Of a DNA stretch of 53,942 nt, positions 18,537-27,861 are shown one piece after another; position 1 is the stretch's first letter; the number at the start of each line of letters is the position of its first letter. Position numbers and translations under genes: made by a program. The notes below the pieces were generated by a model. It saw only the letters and a program-made list of their open reading frames with translations, had not been told where the DNA came from and ran no database searches. This DNA is from Bacteroidales bacterium (GTDB lineage: Bacteria; Bacteroidota; Bacteroidia; Bacteroidales; ML635J-15): positions 1-53,942 of the forward strand of contig JAITXI010000171.1 in assembly GCA_031284905.1 (NCBI GenBank). Direction: 5' to 3'.

Positions 18537-19415
18537 TTAAAAAAAAATTTTAAATAAAGATTGTTTTCGTCTCAAAAATTTTTCGTTAGAAATATAAAAT
18601 TCTGATTTCCCGCAAAAAACAATTCCTTCTGTTTGACAACCTTTTAAATTTAAAAGATATGTATTTGATTTTCCTTTGAAGAAATTATTATTCTCAAAAT
18701 CGCTCAAAATTACCATAAAAGATTTTTGATTTATTCCAAATTTATATCCAATTAAAGCTATTGAATTTGTTGTTGGATTATAATCGGCACCGGTAATTAA
18801 GCCTTTAACATCTAAACTGTCGCAAAATTTAGCAGTATATTTTCCTATAGATTTTGGAATTGAAAAGAGATATGTTTTATAATTTTCCCAATTTTTTGTA
18901 AAAAGAAAAATACTATCATTTTTCACGATCATCGCTTCACAATCAAAATTTTTCGCATTTTTTGAGTTTGGTTTATAATAGGTAGTATCATAAAAAAAAA
19001 TTATTTTCTTAGATTTTATCGTGTCAATTTCAGCATCTAAGTCAGATAATTTTATTCTATAAATTACAAAGAAATCACGTTTCCCATTATTATTTCCAAA
19101 ATCTCCTATATAAGCATAATCAAAATCTTTAGCAATATCTTCCCAATCGCTATTTTTTGCATTTTTAATAACTTTTTGTTTCAAAACTTTTCCTGAAATT
19201 GAATCTATACAATATAAAATAGGTTTATTTCCTGAATCATTGTGAGTCCAAAGTTTATTATTATAAAATAGTAAGCCTGAAGTTTCAGTAACAGCTTCAT
19301 CTAAAGTCGTTAATTCATTAATTTTAGGATTTTGAGCAAAAAATGAGCAAAAAATGAATAAAAATACAAAAAAAAGTAAAAAGTGATTAATGTTCGTCAT
19401 TATACCCGTCTCCAA
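18537..19415 (-). CDS. Exported beta-propeller-like conserved Bacteroidota protein
   Basis: [35 protein letters not shown]; signal-like N-terminus; start may be the downstream ATG. Confidence 0.7.
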   Translation of the reverse strand: METGIMTNINHFLLFFVFLFIFCSFFAQNPKINELTTLDEAVTETSGLLFYNNKLWTHNDSGNKPILYCIDSISGKVLKQKVIKNAKNSDWEDIAKDFDYAYIGDFGNNNGKRDFFVIYRIKLSDLDAEIDTIKSKKIIFFYDTTYYKPNSKNAKNFDCEAMIVKNDSIFLFTKNWENYKTYLFSIPKSIGKYTAKFCDSLDVKGLITGADYNPTTNSIALIGYKFGINQKSFMVILSDFENNNFFKGKSNTYLLNLKGCQTEGIVFCGKSEFYISNEKFLRRKQSLFKIFF

Positions 19416-20427
19416 ATTCTTGCATAAATTCTTCTACTTTCAATACCATTTTTGCTGAACCAACAACAAAAGGCACCCGTTGGTGAATTGATTCCGGTTT
19501 GATGTCTAAAATTCTATTTCCATATCCATCAGTAGCTTTTCCACCAGCTTGTTCAGCTAAAAAAGCGATAGGATTACATTCATATAGCAAACGAAGTTTT
19601 CCAAAACAAGATACAGCAGTTTTCGGATAAATATAAATTCCGCCTTTTAATAAATTTCTATGAAAATCTGCAACCAAAGAGCCTATATATCTCAAAGTAT
19701 AAGGACGATTAGAAATTGGGTCGTTTTCTTGACAATATTTTATATATTTTTTAATTCCAATAGGGAATTTTATATAATTACCTTCGTTTATGGAGTAGAT
19801 TCTACCGGATTCAGGAGTGGTCATAAATTTTGTAGATAAACAAAATTCTCCGATAGCAGGTTCGTAAGTAAAAGCAGTAGTTCCGTATCCTGTAGTATAT
19901 ACAAGCATTGTAGAAGAGCCATAAATAACATAACCGGCAGCAACTTGTTTATTTCCGGGTTGAAGAAAATCTTCATTAGTAACTTTTCTTCCAAAAGAAG
20001 AAATTTTTCTATAAATTGAAAAAATTGAACCGACAGAAACATTTACATCAATATTAGAACTACCATCTAAAGGATCGATACAAATAATATAGCTCCCGTC
20101 TAATGACAAATTATCATTAAAAACAACAATTTCATCATCTTCTTCAGAAGCCACTCCGCAAACAATTCCGGATGCCTGTAGTGCTTTAATAAAAATCGTA
20201 TTTGCAAAATCATCTAATTTTTGTTGAGTTTCACCTTGAATATTTTGTTTTTCGTTACTTCCCAAAATAGAAGTATCTAATCCTGCTTTATTTATTTTAC
20301 TATTTACGATTTTAGCTGCTAATCCAATGTGCATTAAAAGTCTTGATAATTCACCTTTTGCATAAGGAAATGCTGATTGTTCTTGTATAATTACTTCATT
20401 TAAAGTTTGAATTTTACTTTCGTGCAT
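19387..20427 (-). CDS. fbp: Class 1 fructose-1,6-bisphosphatase
   Basis: [50 protein letters not shown]. Confidence 0.96.
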   Translation of the reverse strand: MHESKIQTLNEVIIQEQSAFPYAKGELSRLLMHIGLAAKIVNSKINKAGLDTSILGSNEKQNIQGETQQKLDDFANTIFIKALQASGIVCGVASEEDDEIVVFNDNLSLDGSYIICIDPLDGSSNIDVNVSVGSIFSIYRKISSFGRKVTNEDFLQPGNKQVAAGYVIYGSSTMLVYTTGYGTTAFTYEPAIGEFCLSTKFMTTPESGRIYSINEGNYIKFPIGIKKYIKYCQENDPISNRPYTLRYIGSLVADFHRNLLKGGIYIYPKTAVSCFGKLRLLYECNPIAFLAEQAGGKATDGYGNRILDIKPESIHQRVPFVVGSAKMVLKVEEFMQEFGDGYNDEH

Positions 20428-20559
20428 TTTTTTTTGCTAAATTATAATATATTTATCAGAATTTCAATTTTTTTTTCTACTTTTTTTTATTTTTTTTGCT
20501 CGCTTATCCAAAACCCGTGTTAAAAAGGGCTTTCTGTGTAAGATGGGTGAAAAAGCGTC

Positions 20560-21417
20560 CTACACATTAACTTCTTCAGAAAAATTTTTCATTTGGCACA
20601 TTTTCCTAAAATCACTTGGAGTAAGCCCTGTCGTTTTTTTGAAAGCAGAATGAAAAACCTGTCGATTATTAAATCCACAAATTTCTCCAATAGCCTCTAA
20701 TTTATACGATAAAGTTTCATGCTCCTCTGAAAGCATTCGTATTGCCTCTTTTATCCTAAATTCATTTAATACTGATGGCAAACTTTTTTTAAAATACAAA
20801 TTTATTAACCTTGAAACCGTAGCTTTATTGCAATTAAGTTGTTTTGAAATATCATTTAAAGTTATATCGTTTCTTAAATAAATTTTGTCTTCATTGAAAA
20901 GTTTAATTATTTGCAATAATATTAATTTTTCTTTTTCATCAAATTCAGCAAAATCGTTGTTGCTTCTAATAACTTCTTCCAAATCAATATTACTTACGTT
21001 CGTCTGATTATTAGCCCATTCCATGTTTTTGCTGACAAGTTTTAAATAAGCTCGCTTTTTTTCCAAGTAAAAATAAAATATTAAACCTAAAAAATCTATT
21101 AAAACAAATAATATTATTCCGTTTTTTATATTATTATTTTTTATCTCTTTTTTATAAAAAATTTCTTTATGTTGAATTAAGTCTTTGAGCGAATCTTGAA
21201 TGACAATTAAACTATTAACTTTATTGTCATAATTTATACAATTTAATGAATCTGTTTTTTTTAAATTTAAGTAAGCATCTTTATAATAACCTTCACTTTC
21301 GATTTTATTAGCTATTAATTTATCTATACACCTACTCATGGAATTTACATTTAACATAAATATTAATATAAAAATTATATAAATCTTAAATCTTATTCCC
21401 ATTTTAAAATAATTCAA
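20560..21417 (-). CDS. Membrane-anchored AraC-family transcriptional regulator
   Basis: Signal peptide, TM (aa ~100-118), C-terminal HTH ...AIGEICGFNNRQVFHSAFKKTTGLTPSDF. Confidence 0.88.
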   Translation of the reverse strand: MNYFKMGIRFKIYIIFILIFMLNVNSMSRCIDKLIANKIESEGYYKDAYLNLKKTDSLNCINYDNKVNSLIVIQDSLKDLIQHKEIFYKKEIKNNNIKNGIILFVLIDFLGLIFYFYLEKKRAYLKLVSKNMEWANNQTNVSNIDLEEVIRSNNDFAEFDEKEKLILLQIIKLFNEDKIYLRNDITLNDISKQLNCNKATVSRLINLYFKKSLPSVLNEFRIKEAIRMLSEEHETLSYKLEAIGEICGFNNRQVFHSAFKKTTGLTPSDFRKMCQMKNFSEEVNV

Positions 21418-21582
21418 TTGACAAAAGTATAATTTTTTTTTTATATTATGTAATAAATCTACTTTTTTTGTAAAAATATTTATTTTTTCTTATTAAAAAT
21501 AAGAAATGTTATAGTAATTAAATTAAAGTAATTATTTTTTATTATATATTTGAATATTAGATTGTTATATTATTTTTTTTAT

Positions 21583-21641
21583 ATAAATATTTACAAAAAA
21601 CATAAATATTTACAAGAATATTTAAAAGTTTTACAAGAATA
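21583..21641 (+). promoter_or_regulatory. Triple TTTACAA direct repeat, candidate AraC operator
   Basis: TTTACAA at 21590, 21609 and 21630 (spacing 19 and 21), upstream of a TAATTTTG -7 element at 21666-21673. Confidence 0.5.
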
Positions 21642-21693
21642 AAAAAAATCTATTAATTTTAGTTGTAATTTTGAAGTCAAAAATATTAGCTTT

Positions 21694-22542
21694 ATGAAAA
21701 AGATATTACTTTTTATTTTTAGTTTATTCTTTTTAAATTTAAGTATTGTATTTTCACAACAAGAAGAAAGTAATTTTGCTTACAATGTTGGTTTAGATTT
21801 TCAAACACGTTATATTTGGAGAGGGCAAGCGCTTGGAGGTTCTGCTCCGAGTTTGCAGCCCGGAATGGGAATTTCTTGGAAAGGTTTAAGTTTTGGGGTT
21901 TGGGGTGCTTATTCACTTAGCAGAAATGTTACGCAGGAATTAGATTTAAGTTTGTCATACACTTTTTGGGAAGACAGATTCACAGTTGGTATTATTGATT
22001 ATAGTTTCCCGCAAGAAATTAATCAAGATTATAACTATTTTGATTACAAACAAAATGGTAGTCATGTATTAGAAGCCGGTTTAACTTACAATGGAGAAAA
22101 AAACGTTCCTGTTTATTTTAGTATTTTTACAAATTTTTATGGTGCAGATACTAAAAAATCAATTCAGAAAGATGATAATACTTTTGAATTAAATGATGAT
22201 GGAACCGTAAAACAGAAAAATATATTTTCGACATATATTGAATTAGGATATAATTTGCCATGGAAAAAATTGGGAGTTGAATTTAACATTTTTGCCGGTT
22301 GTGCTTTGAATAGTTATAAATTAGATGTTCCGGATTTAGATATAAACGGACTTCCTGTTTGGATTACAGAAAAACAAACAGGTTTTTATAATAACAAAGG
22401 ATTTGCATGTGTAAATGTAGGTATTACAGCCTCAAAAACTTTTGAAGTTGGAAAATTATCAATTCCTTTATCCGGAGGCTTAATTTTTAATCCAAATGAC
22501 AAAAAAGCATATTTTATGGCTTCATTTGGTATTCATTTGTAA
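21694..22542 (+). CDS. Outer-membrane beta-barrel, TorF/Gcw_chp-like putative porin
   Basis: Signal peptide; RYIWRG...PSLQP, GVWGAY, ELDL; alternating C-terminal beta-strand; sits before amt. Confidence 0.72.
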   Translation: MKKILLFIFSLFFLNLSIVFSQQEESNFAYNVGLDFQTRYIWRGQALGGSAPSLQPGMGISWKGLSFGVWGAYSLSRNVTQELDLSLSYTFWEDRFTVGIIDYSFPQEINQDYNYFDYKQNGSHVLEAGLTYNGEKNVPVYFSIFTNFYGADTKKSIQKDDNTFELNDDGTVKQKNIFSTYIELGYNLPWKKLGVEFNIFAGCALNSYKLDVPDLDINGLPVWITEKQTGFYNNKGFACVNVGITASKTFEVGKLSIPLSGGLIFNPNDKKAYFMASFGIHL

Positions 22543-22586
22543 AATTTTAATAAACTTTTTAATATAAACTTTTAAAAAATTAATTT

Positions 22587-23843
22587 ATGGTGAATTTTTT
22601 GTTAGATATAAATCCGGGTTCAACAGGATTTATGCTTGTGTGTACAAGTTTAGTAATGTTAATGACTCCAGCTTTAGCTTTTTTCTACGGCGGATTAGCG
22701 ACGAAACGTAATATTTTAGGTATTATGACTCAAAGTTTTGTTTCTTTGGGCTGGTCAACTATTTTATGGTTTGTTTGTGGTTATTCATTGTGTTTTAGTG
22801 GTTCAATAGCTGAAGGCAATGATTTTTTCGGTATTTTAGGAAATTTTGGTAAAGCATTTTTCAATGGAATAGATGCGAATAGTGTTTTCGCAGGAAATGG
22901 AGAAATTCCTGAATTTGTTTTTATAGCATTTCAAATGATGTTTGCCATAATTACACCAGCTTTAATTACCGGAGCTTTTGTTAATCGTGTTAGTTTTAAA
23001 GCGTTTTTTATCTTTTTAACTGCATGGCAATTTTTCGTATATTATCCATTTTGCCACATGGTTTGGGGTGGTGGATTATTAGCTGAATGGGGCGTACTTG
23101 ATTTTGCAGGCGGTATCGTTGTCCATGCTACGGCAGGTTTTGCAGCTTTAGCTTCTGTATTTTTTGTTGGTGCTCGTACTGATAAAAATTCTACTCCAAA
23201 TTCAATTCCACTTGTTGCTATTGGAACAGGTCTATTGTGGTTTGGTTGGTATGGTTTTAATGCCGGTAGCGAACTAAAAGTTGATGGAATTACAGCTAAC
23301 GCATTCTTAAATACTGACGTTGCAGCTTCTTTCGCATTATTTACTTGGATGGTTATTGAATGGATTCGTCAACGTAAACCGAAATTTGTTGGAATTTTAA
23401 CAGGTTCTATTGCAGGTTTGGCAACAATTACTCCTTGTGCAGGTTTCGTTCCGTTATGGGCAGCTCCAATAATTGGAATTTGTGCAGGAGCAGGTTGTTA
23501 TTTAGCTGTTGAATTAAAAAATCATAGAAATTGGGACGATGCACTTGATGTATGGGGCGTTCATGGTATTGGTGGCGTTATCGGTACAATTTTATTAGGA
23601 GTTTTTGCAATGAAATCTGTTAATCCAAATGGAGCAGACGGTTTAATAACAGGAGAATTTACTTTTTTTGGTAAAGAAGTCGTTTCTGTAGTTATTGCAT
23701 CTGTTTATGCTTTTGTTTTCACATATTTATTATTGTGGGTAATTAACAAAATTACTCCTGTGAGAATTTCTAAAGATGACGAATTGCAAGGAATTGATGC
23801 TTCAATTCACGGAGAAAAAGCATACGACGAAGGTTGTTTATAA
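22587..23843 (+). CDS. amt: Ammonium transporter
   Basis: LMTPALAFFYGG, FQMMFAIITP, DFAGGIVVH, LWFGWYGFNAGS, DDALDVWGVHG (twin His present). Confidence 0.96.
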   Translation: MVNFLLDINPGSTGFMLVCTSLVMLMTPALAFFYGGLATKRNILGIMTQSFVSLGWSTILWFVCGYSLCFSGSIAEGNDFFGILGNFGKAFFNGIDANSVFAGNGEIPEFVFIAFQMMFAIITPALITGAFVNRVSFKAFFIFLTAWQFFVYYPFCHMVWGGGLLAEWGVLDFAGGIVVHATAGFAALASVFFVGARTDKNSTPNSIPLVAIGTGLLWFGWYGFNAGSELKVDGITANAFLNTDVAASFALFTWMVIEWIRQRKPKFVGILTGSIAGLATITPCAGFVPLWAAPIIGICAGAGCYLAVELKNHRNWDDALDVWGVHGIGGVIGTILLGVFAMKSVNPNGADGLITGEFTFFGKEVVSVVIASVYAFVFTYLLLWVINKITPVRISKDDELQGIDASIHGEKAYDEGCL

Positions 23844-23876
23844 TGTAATTTTATCTTCATACGTTTTTTTAATTGC

Positions 23877-23915
23877 AAGGGTGAGGATTTTAAATCCTCA
23901 CCCTTTTGTTTTTTT
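23877..23915 (+). terminator. Rho-independent terminator of the porin-amt operon
   Basis: Perfect 14-bp inverted repeat AAGGGTGAGGATTT / AAATCCTCACCCTT followed by a T tract. Confidence 0.88.
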
Positions 23916-23928
23916 ATCACTATTTAAG

Positions 23929-24086
23929 CCTTAACTCCCTACAATTTTACGTAATATGTAACGTAAGATTATGAATATTAGTCAGTTAAAACAAAACAAT
24001 GCAATTACGTATTTTAAATTTTAATAACATATTCATTTTCAAATAAATACAAACAATATATTACGTAAAACATCCGGGAGTTAGGG
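23929..24086. mobile_element. MITE with IS1634-type termini and 6-bp TSD TTTAAG
   Basis: CCTTAACTCCC...TTTTACGTAATAT versus ATATTACGTAAAA...GGGAGTTAGGG; TTTAAG at both 23923-23928 and 24087-24092. Confidence 0.78.
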
Positions 24087-24195
24087 TTTAAGACTATCCT
24101 TGCTGATTTCAACAACGCAACACAATAAAATTTACCCCAAAATTTTTATCAAATAATACTATTTATATTTTTAAATCAGCAAGGATAGTCTTAAA
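24087..24195. mobile_element. Second MITE with perfect 23-bp inverted repeats
   Basis: TTTAAGACTATCCTTGCTGATTT (24087-24109) is the exact reverse complement of 24173-24195. Confidence 0.75.
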
Positions 24196-24506
24196 AAAAA
24201 TAAGAAACTTGTAATGGCGAATATAGTGAAACCTTTTTTAGCCTAAATTAGATATATAAATTGGTATAACATAATTTATTTCCAATACTGAACGAAACGA
24301 CTCAAAGTCTATTATAGCGTTTTAACGGATTTTCTATTTTTTAGAGTATTTAGTGTGATTATAATTCATTAATAATCAAAGAGCTATTTTACAGAGATGT
24401 CCTTATCTCCTTCGATTAAAAATTTCATCAACAAACTATTCATTTATTATTACAGAAAAAATAATAAATAATAACAAAATAGCGTTTTTATAACTATTTA
24501 TTTGTT

Positions 24507-25832
24507 ATGGAATCATATAGTATTGTTATTATTCTTTTGGCTATTGCAATAGGGTTATTTCCAATTGCAAACAAATTAAAAATTCCTTATCCTATTTTGT
24601 TATTAATAATAGGAATAGCTATTGGATTTATTCCAAATTTTACTAATATTATGATAAATCCGGAAGTTGTTTTTTTTCTTTTTCTTCCACCGATGCTTTA
24701 TGATGCGGCTTATAATATTCATTTCAAAGATTTTAAGCAAAATATATCTACTATTTCATTAATGGCAGTACTATTAGTTTTTATAACAACCGCTGGAATT
24801 GCCGTTATAGTACATTATTGTATTCCAAACATGTCGTGGTCTCTATCTTTTGTGTTGGGTGCAATACTTTCTCCTCCTGATGCTATTGCGGCAACGGGTG
24901 TTACGAAAGGGCTTGGCTTGCCTCAACGCACAAATACAATTTTGGAAGGCGAAAGTCTTATTAACGATGCTTCTACTTTGGTAGCATTTCGGTTTGCAGT
25001 TGCTGCTGTTGCAGGAAGTACATTCATATTAAGAGAAGCTGGATTAATTTTTTTAATATCTCTGATTGGAGGATTATTGGTAGGAATCTTATTATCATTG
25101 ATATTTCTATTTATTACAAGAAAACGTTTTGATACAAATATAGTTGTTAGTTTAAATTTGATGCTTCCATTTGTTGCTTATCTTATTGCAGAAGAATTTC
25201 ACGTTTCGGGTGTAATTTCATCTGTTATAGTTGGATTGCAATTAGCAAATCACAAAAATATAATTCCTGAAAAAATTGTAACAACTTCAAAATCAGTTTT
25301 AGATATAATAATTTTTTTATTAGGAGGATTAGTATTCATTTTGATTGGATTGCAATTTCCAAAATTATTAAAACATATCCCTTCCGAAAATATCTTATCT
25401 CTCATTGGTTGTGCTTTTTTGATATTTTTCGTTGCATTAATTATTCGTATGTTAGTAATTTTCTGGCATAAACAAAAAACAAAAAAACGTTACGAAAATT
25501 TGTTTACCCATATTAATTCAGGAGAAATTCATAAAAGAGAACTTCTTAAAATTCGGCTATCTCATCAACTAAAAAACCGAACGCTTGATGAATTTTTAGA
25601 AGAAAGAAGGCAATTGTTATTAACTAACAAAGAAGCAATAATTATTGGGTGGTCAGGTATGCGGGGAATTGTTTCTCTCGCTGCAGCTTTATCTTTACCT
25701 TTGCTAATGGAAGATGGAACAGATTTTCCTCAACGTGATACTATTATTTTTTTAACAGTTGCTGTTGTTATTATTATGCTCTTAATTCAAGGTTTAGGCT
25801 TACCTTTGTTAATGAAATTATTGAAAATTTAA
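24507..25832 (+). CDS. Na+/H+ antiporter, CPA1 family
   Basis: FLPPMLY, GAILSPPDAIA, LEGESLINDA, VFILIGLQ, WSGMRGIVSLAAALSLP. Confidence 0.92.
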   Translation: MESYSIVIILLAIAIGLFPIANKLKIPYPILLLIIGIAIGFIPNFTNIMINPEVVFFLFLPPMLYDAAYNIHFKDFKQNISTISLMAVLLVFITTAGIAVIVHYCIPNMSWSLSFVLGAILSPPDAIAATGVTKGLGLPQRTNTILEGESLINDASTLVAFRFAVAAVAGSTFILREAGLIFLISLIGGLLVGILLSLIFLFITRKRFDTNIVVSLNLMLPFVAYLIAEEFHVSGVISSVIVGLQLANHKNIIPEKIVTTSKSVLDIIIFLLGGLVFILIGLQFPKLLKHIPSENILSLIGCAFLIFFVALIIRMLVIFWHKQKTKKRYENLFTHINSGEIHKRELLKIRLSHQLKNRTLDEFLEERRQLLLTNKEAIIIGWSGMRGIVSLAAALSLPLLMEDGTDFPQRDTIIFLTVAVVIIMLLIQGLGLPLLMKLLKI

Positions 25833-26225
25833 CCCAACTTGACCACCAACAAAGCGTAATCTGTTTGCATAACGTAGTTTGCGTTTTGCAGAAATCAATT
25901 ATGGAGTACTACGAATTTTTTTGTCATATTTTGTGAATTTTGTAATCGTATAGGTTGTCGCGTAGATATTTAAATTTTATTCCGTGGCAATCCCAACATC
26001 CATTATTGCTACCGGTTTGGTTGGGAATAAAGTAGCAGGTTTCTTTTTCTCTAAATCACCTACTAATTTCTTTAAATGTATTCTTTTCGCTAATATTTCC
26101 TGCATAAAATCAACTGCTATAAACAAAACCTTTATTTAATTATCAAATCTACAAATTGTTAATAATAAACAGTTTGCGTTTTTAGACTTTGTGAAAATTT
26201 GCCTTTTTTATTTGCTTTTCACAAA
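25833..26225 (-). mobile_element. Internally deleted IS1634-family remnant with transposase pseudogene fragments
   Basis: Minus-strand fragments FYAGNISEKNTF, KPVAIMDVGIATE*NL, YLRDNLYDY and KKFVVLHN*; terminus GTCAAGTTGGG; left-end-like sequence at 26181-26220 shared with 1712-1752. Confidence 0.72.
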
Positions 26226-26228
26226 TTA

Positions 26229-27053
26229 TTAAATCGCTTTTAAACCTAAAATTTTTCTAGCTTCAGTCGGTGTTGCAATTTCTCTACCAAGTTCTTTAGC
26301 CATTCTAACAACTTTTGCAACTAATTCGCTGTTTGATTTTGCTAAAACTCCTTTTGATAGATATACATTATCTTCAAATCCTACTCTTACATTTCCGCCA
26401 TCAATAATTGCAGCCATTGCTAACGGAAATTCAAATTTTCCTACTCCGGCTACTGTATAAGTTGCGTCAGCAGGAATACTTTCGCGAAGAAAAACAAAAT
26501 CTCGCAAATCGCCTGTTATGCCTCCATTTACTCCCATAACAAAATCAAAGTGCATTGGAGTTGAAATATATCCTTTCTTTTGCAAACGTAGTGCCATATC
26601 AATCATCGACTTATCAAAAACTTCCAGTTCCGGTTTGATTCCTAATTTTATCATTCTGTCTCCGAAATATTTGATTGTATTCTCGGTATTTTCAAAAATT
26701 TCATCACCACCAAAGTTACAAGTTCCACAATCTAAAGTAGCCATTTCAGGCAATAATTCGGTTGGCTGTAATCTTTCGTCATTCGACATCCCAACGGCTC
26801 CTCCTGTTGAAGGTTGAATTATTACATCAGGAATTACTTTTTTTATAGCTTCAATTATTTCATTGAATCTGGCTTTGTCCTGCGTTGGAGTACCGTCATC
26901 ATAACGAACATGAAGATGAATTATACTTGCACCGGCATCATAAGCTGATTTTGCTTCACGAACCATTTCTTCTACTGTGTAAGGAACTGCCGGATTGTGT
27001 TCTTTTAAAACTTCTGCACCACAAATTGCAGCTGTTATTATTAATTTTTCCAT
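26229..27053 (-). CDS. kce: 3-keto-5-aminohexanoate cleavage enzyme
   Basis: MEKLIITAAICGAE, IIHLHVR, STGGA, EMATLDCG, VRVGFEDN; ATG at 27053 (the longer ORF merely runs into the inverted repeat). Confidence 0.95.
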   Translation of the reverse strand: MEKLIITAAICGAEVLKEHNPAVPYTVEEMVREAKSAYDAGASIIHLHVRYDDGTPTQDKARFNEIIEAIKKVIPDVIIQPSTGGAVGMSNDERLQPTELLPEMATLDCGTCNFGGDEIFENTENTIKYFGDRMIKLGIKPELEVFDKSMIDMALRLQKKGYISTPMHFDFVMGVNGGITGDLRDFVFLRESIPADATYTVAGVGKFEFPLAMAAIIDGGNVRVGFEDNVYLSKGVLAKSNSELVAKVVRMAKELGREIATPTEARKILGLKAI

Positions 27054-27074
27054 ATTTAAATTACTTATTTTTTT

Positions 27075-27107
27075 TAGAACCAAGAGCCGAGATATTAGAA
27101 CCAAGAC
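27075..27107. repeat. Left arm of the 33-bp inverted repeat flanking the four-helix-bundle gene
   Basis: TAGAACCAAGAGCCGAGATATTAGAACCAAGAC; 32/33 match to the reverse complement of 27433-27465. Confidence 0.95.
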
Positions 27108-27127
27108 CCTTAATTCCGGTTAATATA

Positions 27128-27425
27128 CTATAAATTATTTTTAAAACTAATTGTCATTTTTTGAATTTCAGCAAGTGTCTTTTGAAATAGAGAATGTTTC
27201 GCTTCATCAACATATTCTAAATTTTTAACAATAAATAAGTTCGGTCTCCAATTCAAAAGAAGAACCAATATAAATTTCAAGAAACCGAGCAAAATCTTTA
27301 TTGCTATACTTTGCTGAACCTTCAAAAATATTAGATGGAATAGAAACAGCAGATAGTTTTATCTGTGATTTTAATCCAAATCTTTCGCTATCAGGAAAAG
27401 TTTTAGTAAAATTATGCATATTCAT
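27128..27425 (-). pseudogene. Four-helix-bundle protein (23S rRNA IVP / Avd-like), frameshifted with helix 1 deleted
   Basis: Frame A: MHNF|TKTFPDSERFGLKSQIKLSAVSIPSNIFEG...FARFLEI..GSSFELETEL; frame B continues IVKNLEYVDE...EIQKMTISFKNNL*. Confidence 0.88.
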
Positions 27426-27432
27426 TTAATTT

Positions 27433-27465
27433 GTCTTGGTTCTAATATTTCGGCTCTTGGTTCTA
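27433..27465. repeat. Right arm of the 33-bp inverted repeat; includes the kal stop codon
   Basis: GTCTTGGTTCTAATATTTCGGCTCTTGGTTCTA; the terminal CTA is the kal TAG. Confidence 0.95.
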
Positions 27466-27846
27466 CTTCCTCTGACATTTTTTAGGTACAACACAAGTTC
27501 CTATAGCTCTGCAAACTACAATTGGTTCATCAAGGAAATCTGCTGCTGACTCCGAAATATCTGTCCTTGGGCAAATCACTTTTCTTGCTTCAAAAACCAT
27601 TTTTCTGGAAGAATTTCCAACGTTAATAATTTCACCTTCTGCTTCAATATAATCGCCTGCAAAAACAGGATTTAAAAATTCTATTTTTTCATAACCGGCA
27701 AACAAACCTTCATCACCGTCATGAATTATTAATAATTCTGTTGCTACATCACCAAATAATTGAAGCATTCTTGCTCCATCAACTAAATTTCCACCATAAT
27801 GAGCATCGTGTGCACTCATTCTCAATCGTATAAGAGATTTTTCCAT
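27463..27846 (-). CDS. kal: 3-aminobutyryl-CoA ammonia-lyase (hotdog fold)
   Basis: [40 protein letters not shown]; clustered with kce. Confidence 0.93.
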   Translation of the reverse strand: MEKSLIRLRMSAHDAHYGGNLVDGARMLQLFGDVATELLIIHDGDEGLFAGYEKIEFLNPVFAGDYIEAEGEIINVGNSSRKMVFEARKVICPRTDISESAADFLDEPIVVCRAIGTCVVPKKCQRK

Positions 27847-27861
27847 TTTATTTATTATTTT

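Noticed and set aside
27054-27104. N-terminal extension of Kce in the ORF track
   Set aside because: It is translation of the inverted-repeat arm; the family start MEKLIITAA is at 27053.
27128-27425. Programmed frameshift producing a functional four-helix-bundle protein
   Set aside because: The gene also lacks about one helix near the N-terminus and has substitutions in conserved positions, so decay is more likely.
27075-27465. Diversity-generating retroelement suggested by the Avd-like gene
   Set aside because: No reverse transcriptase and no TR/VR pair with adenine-specific differences in the window.
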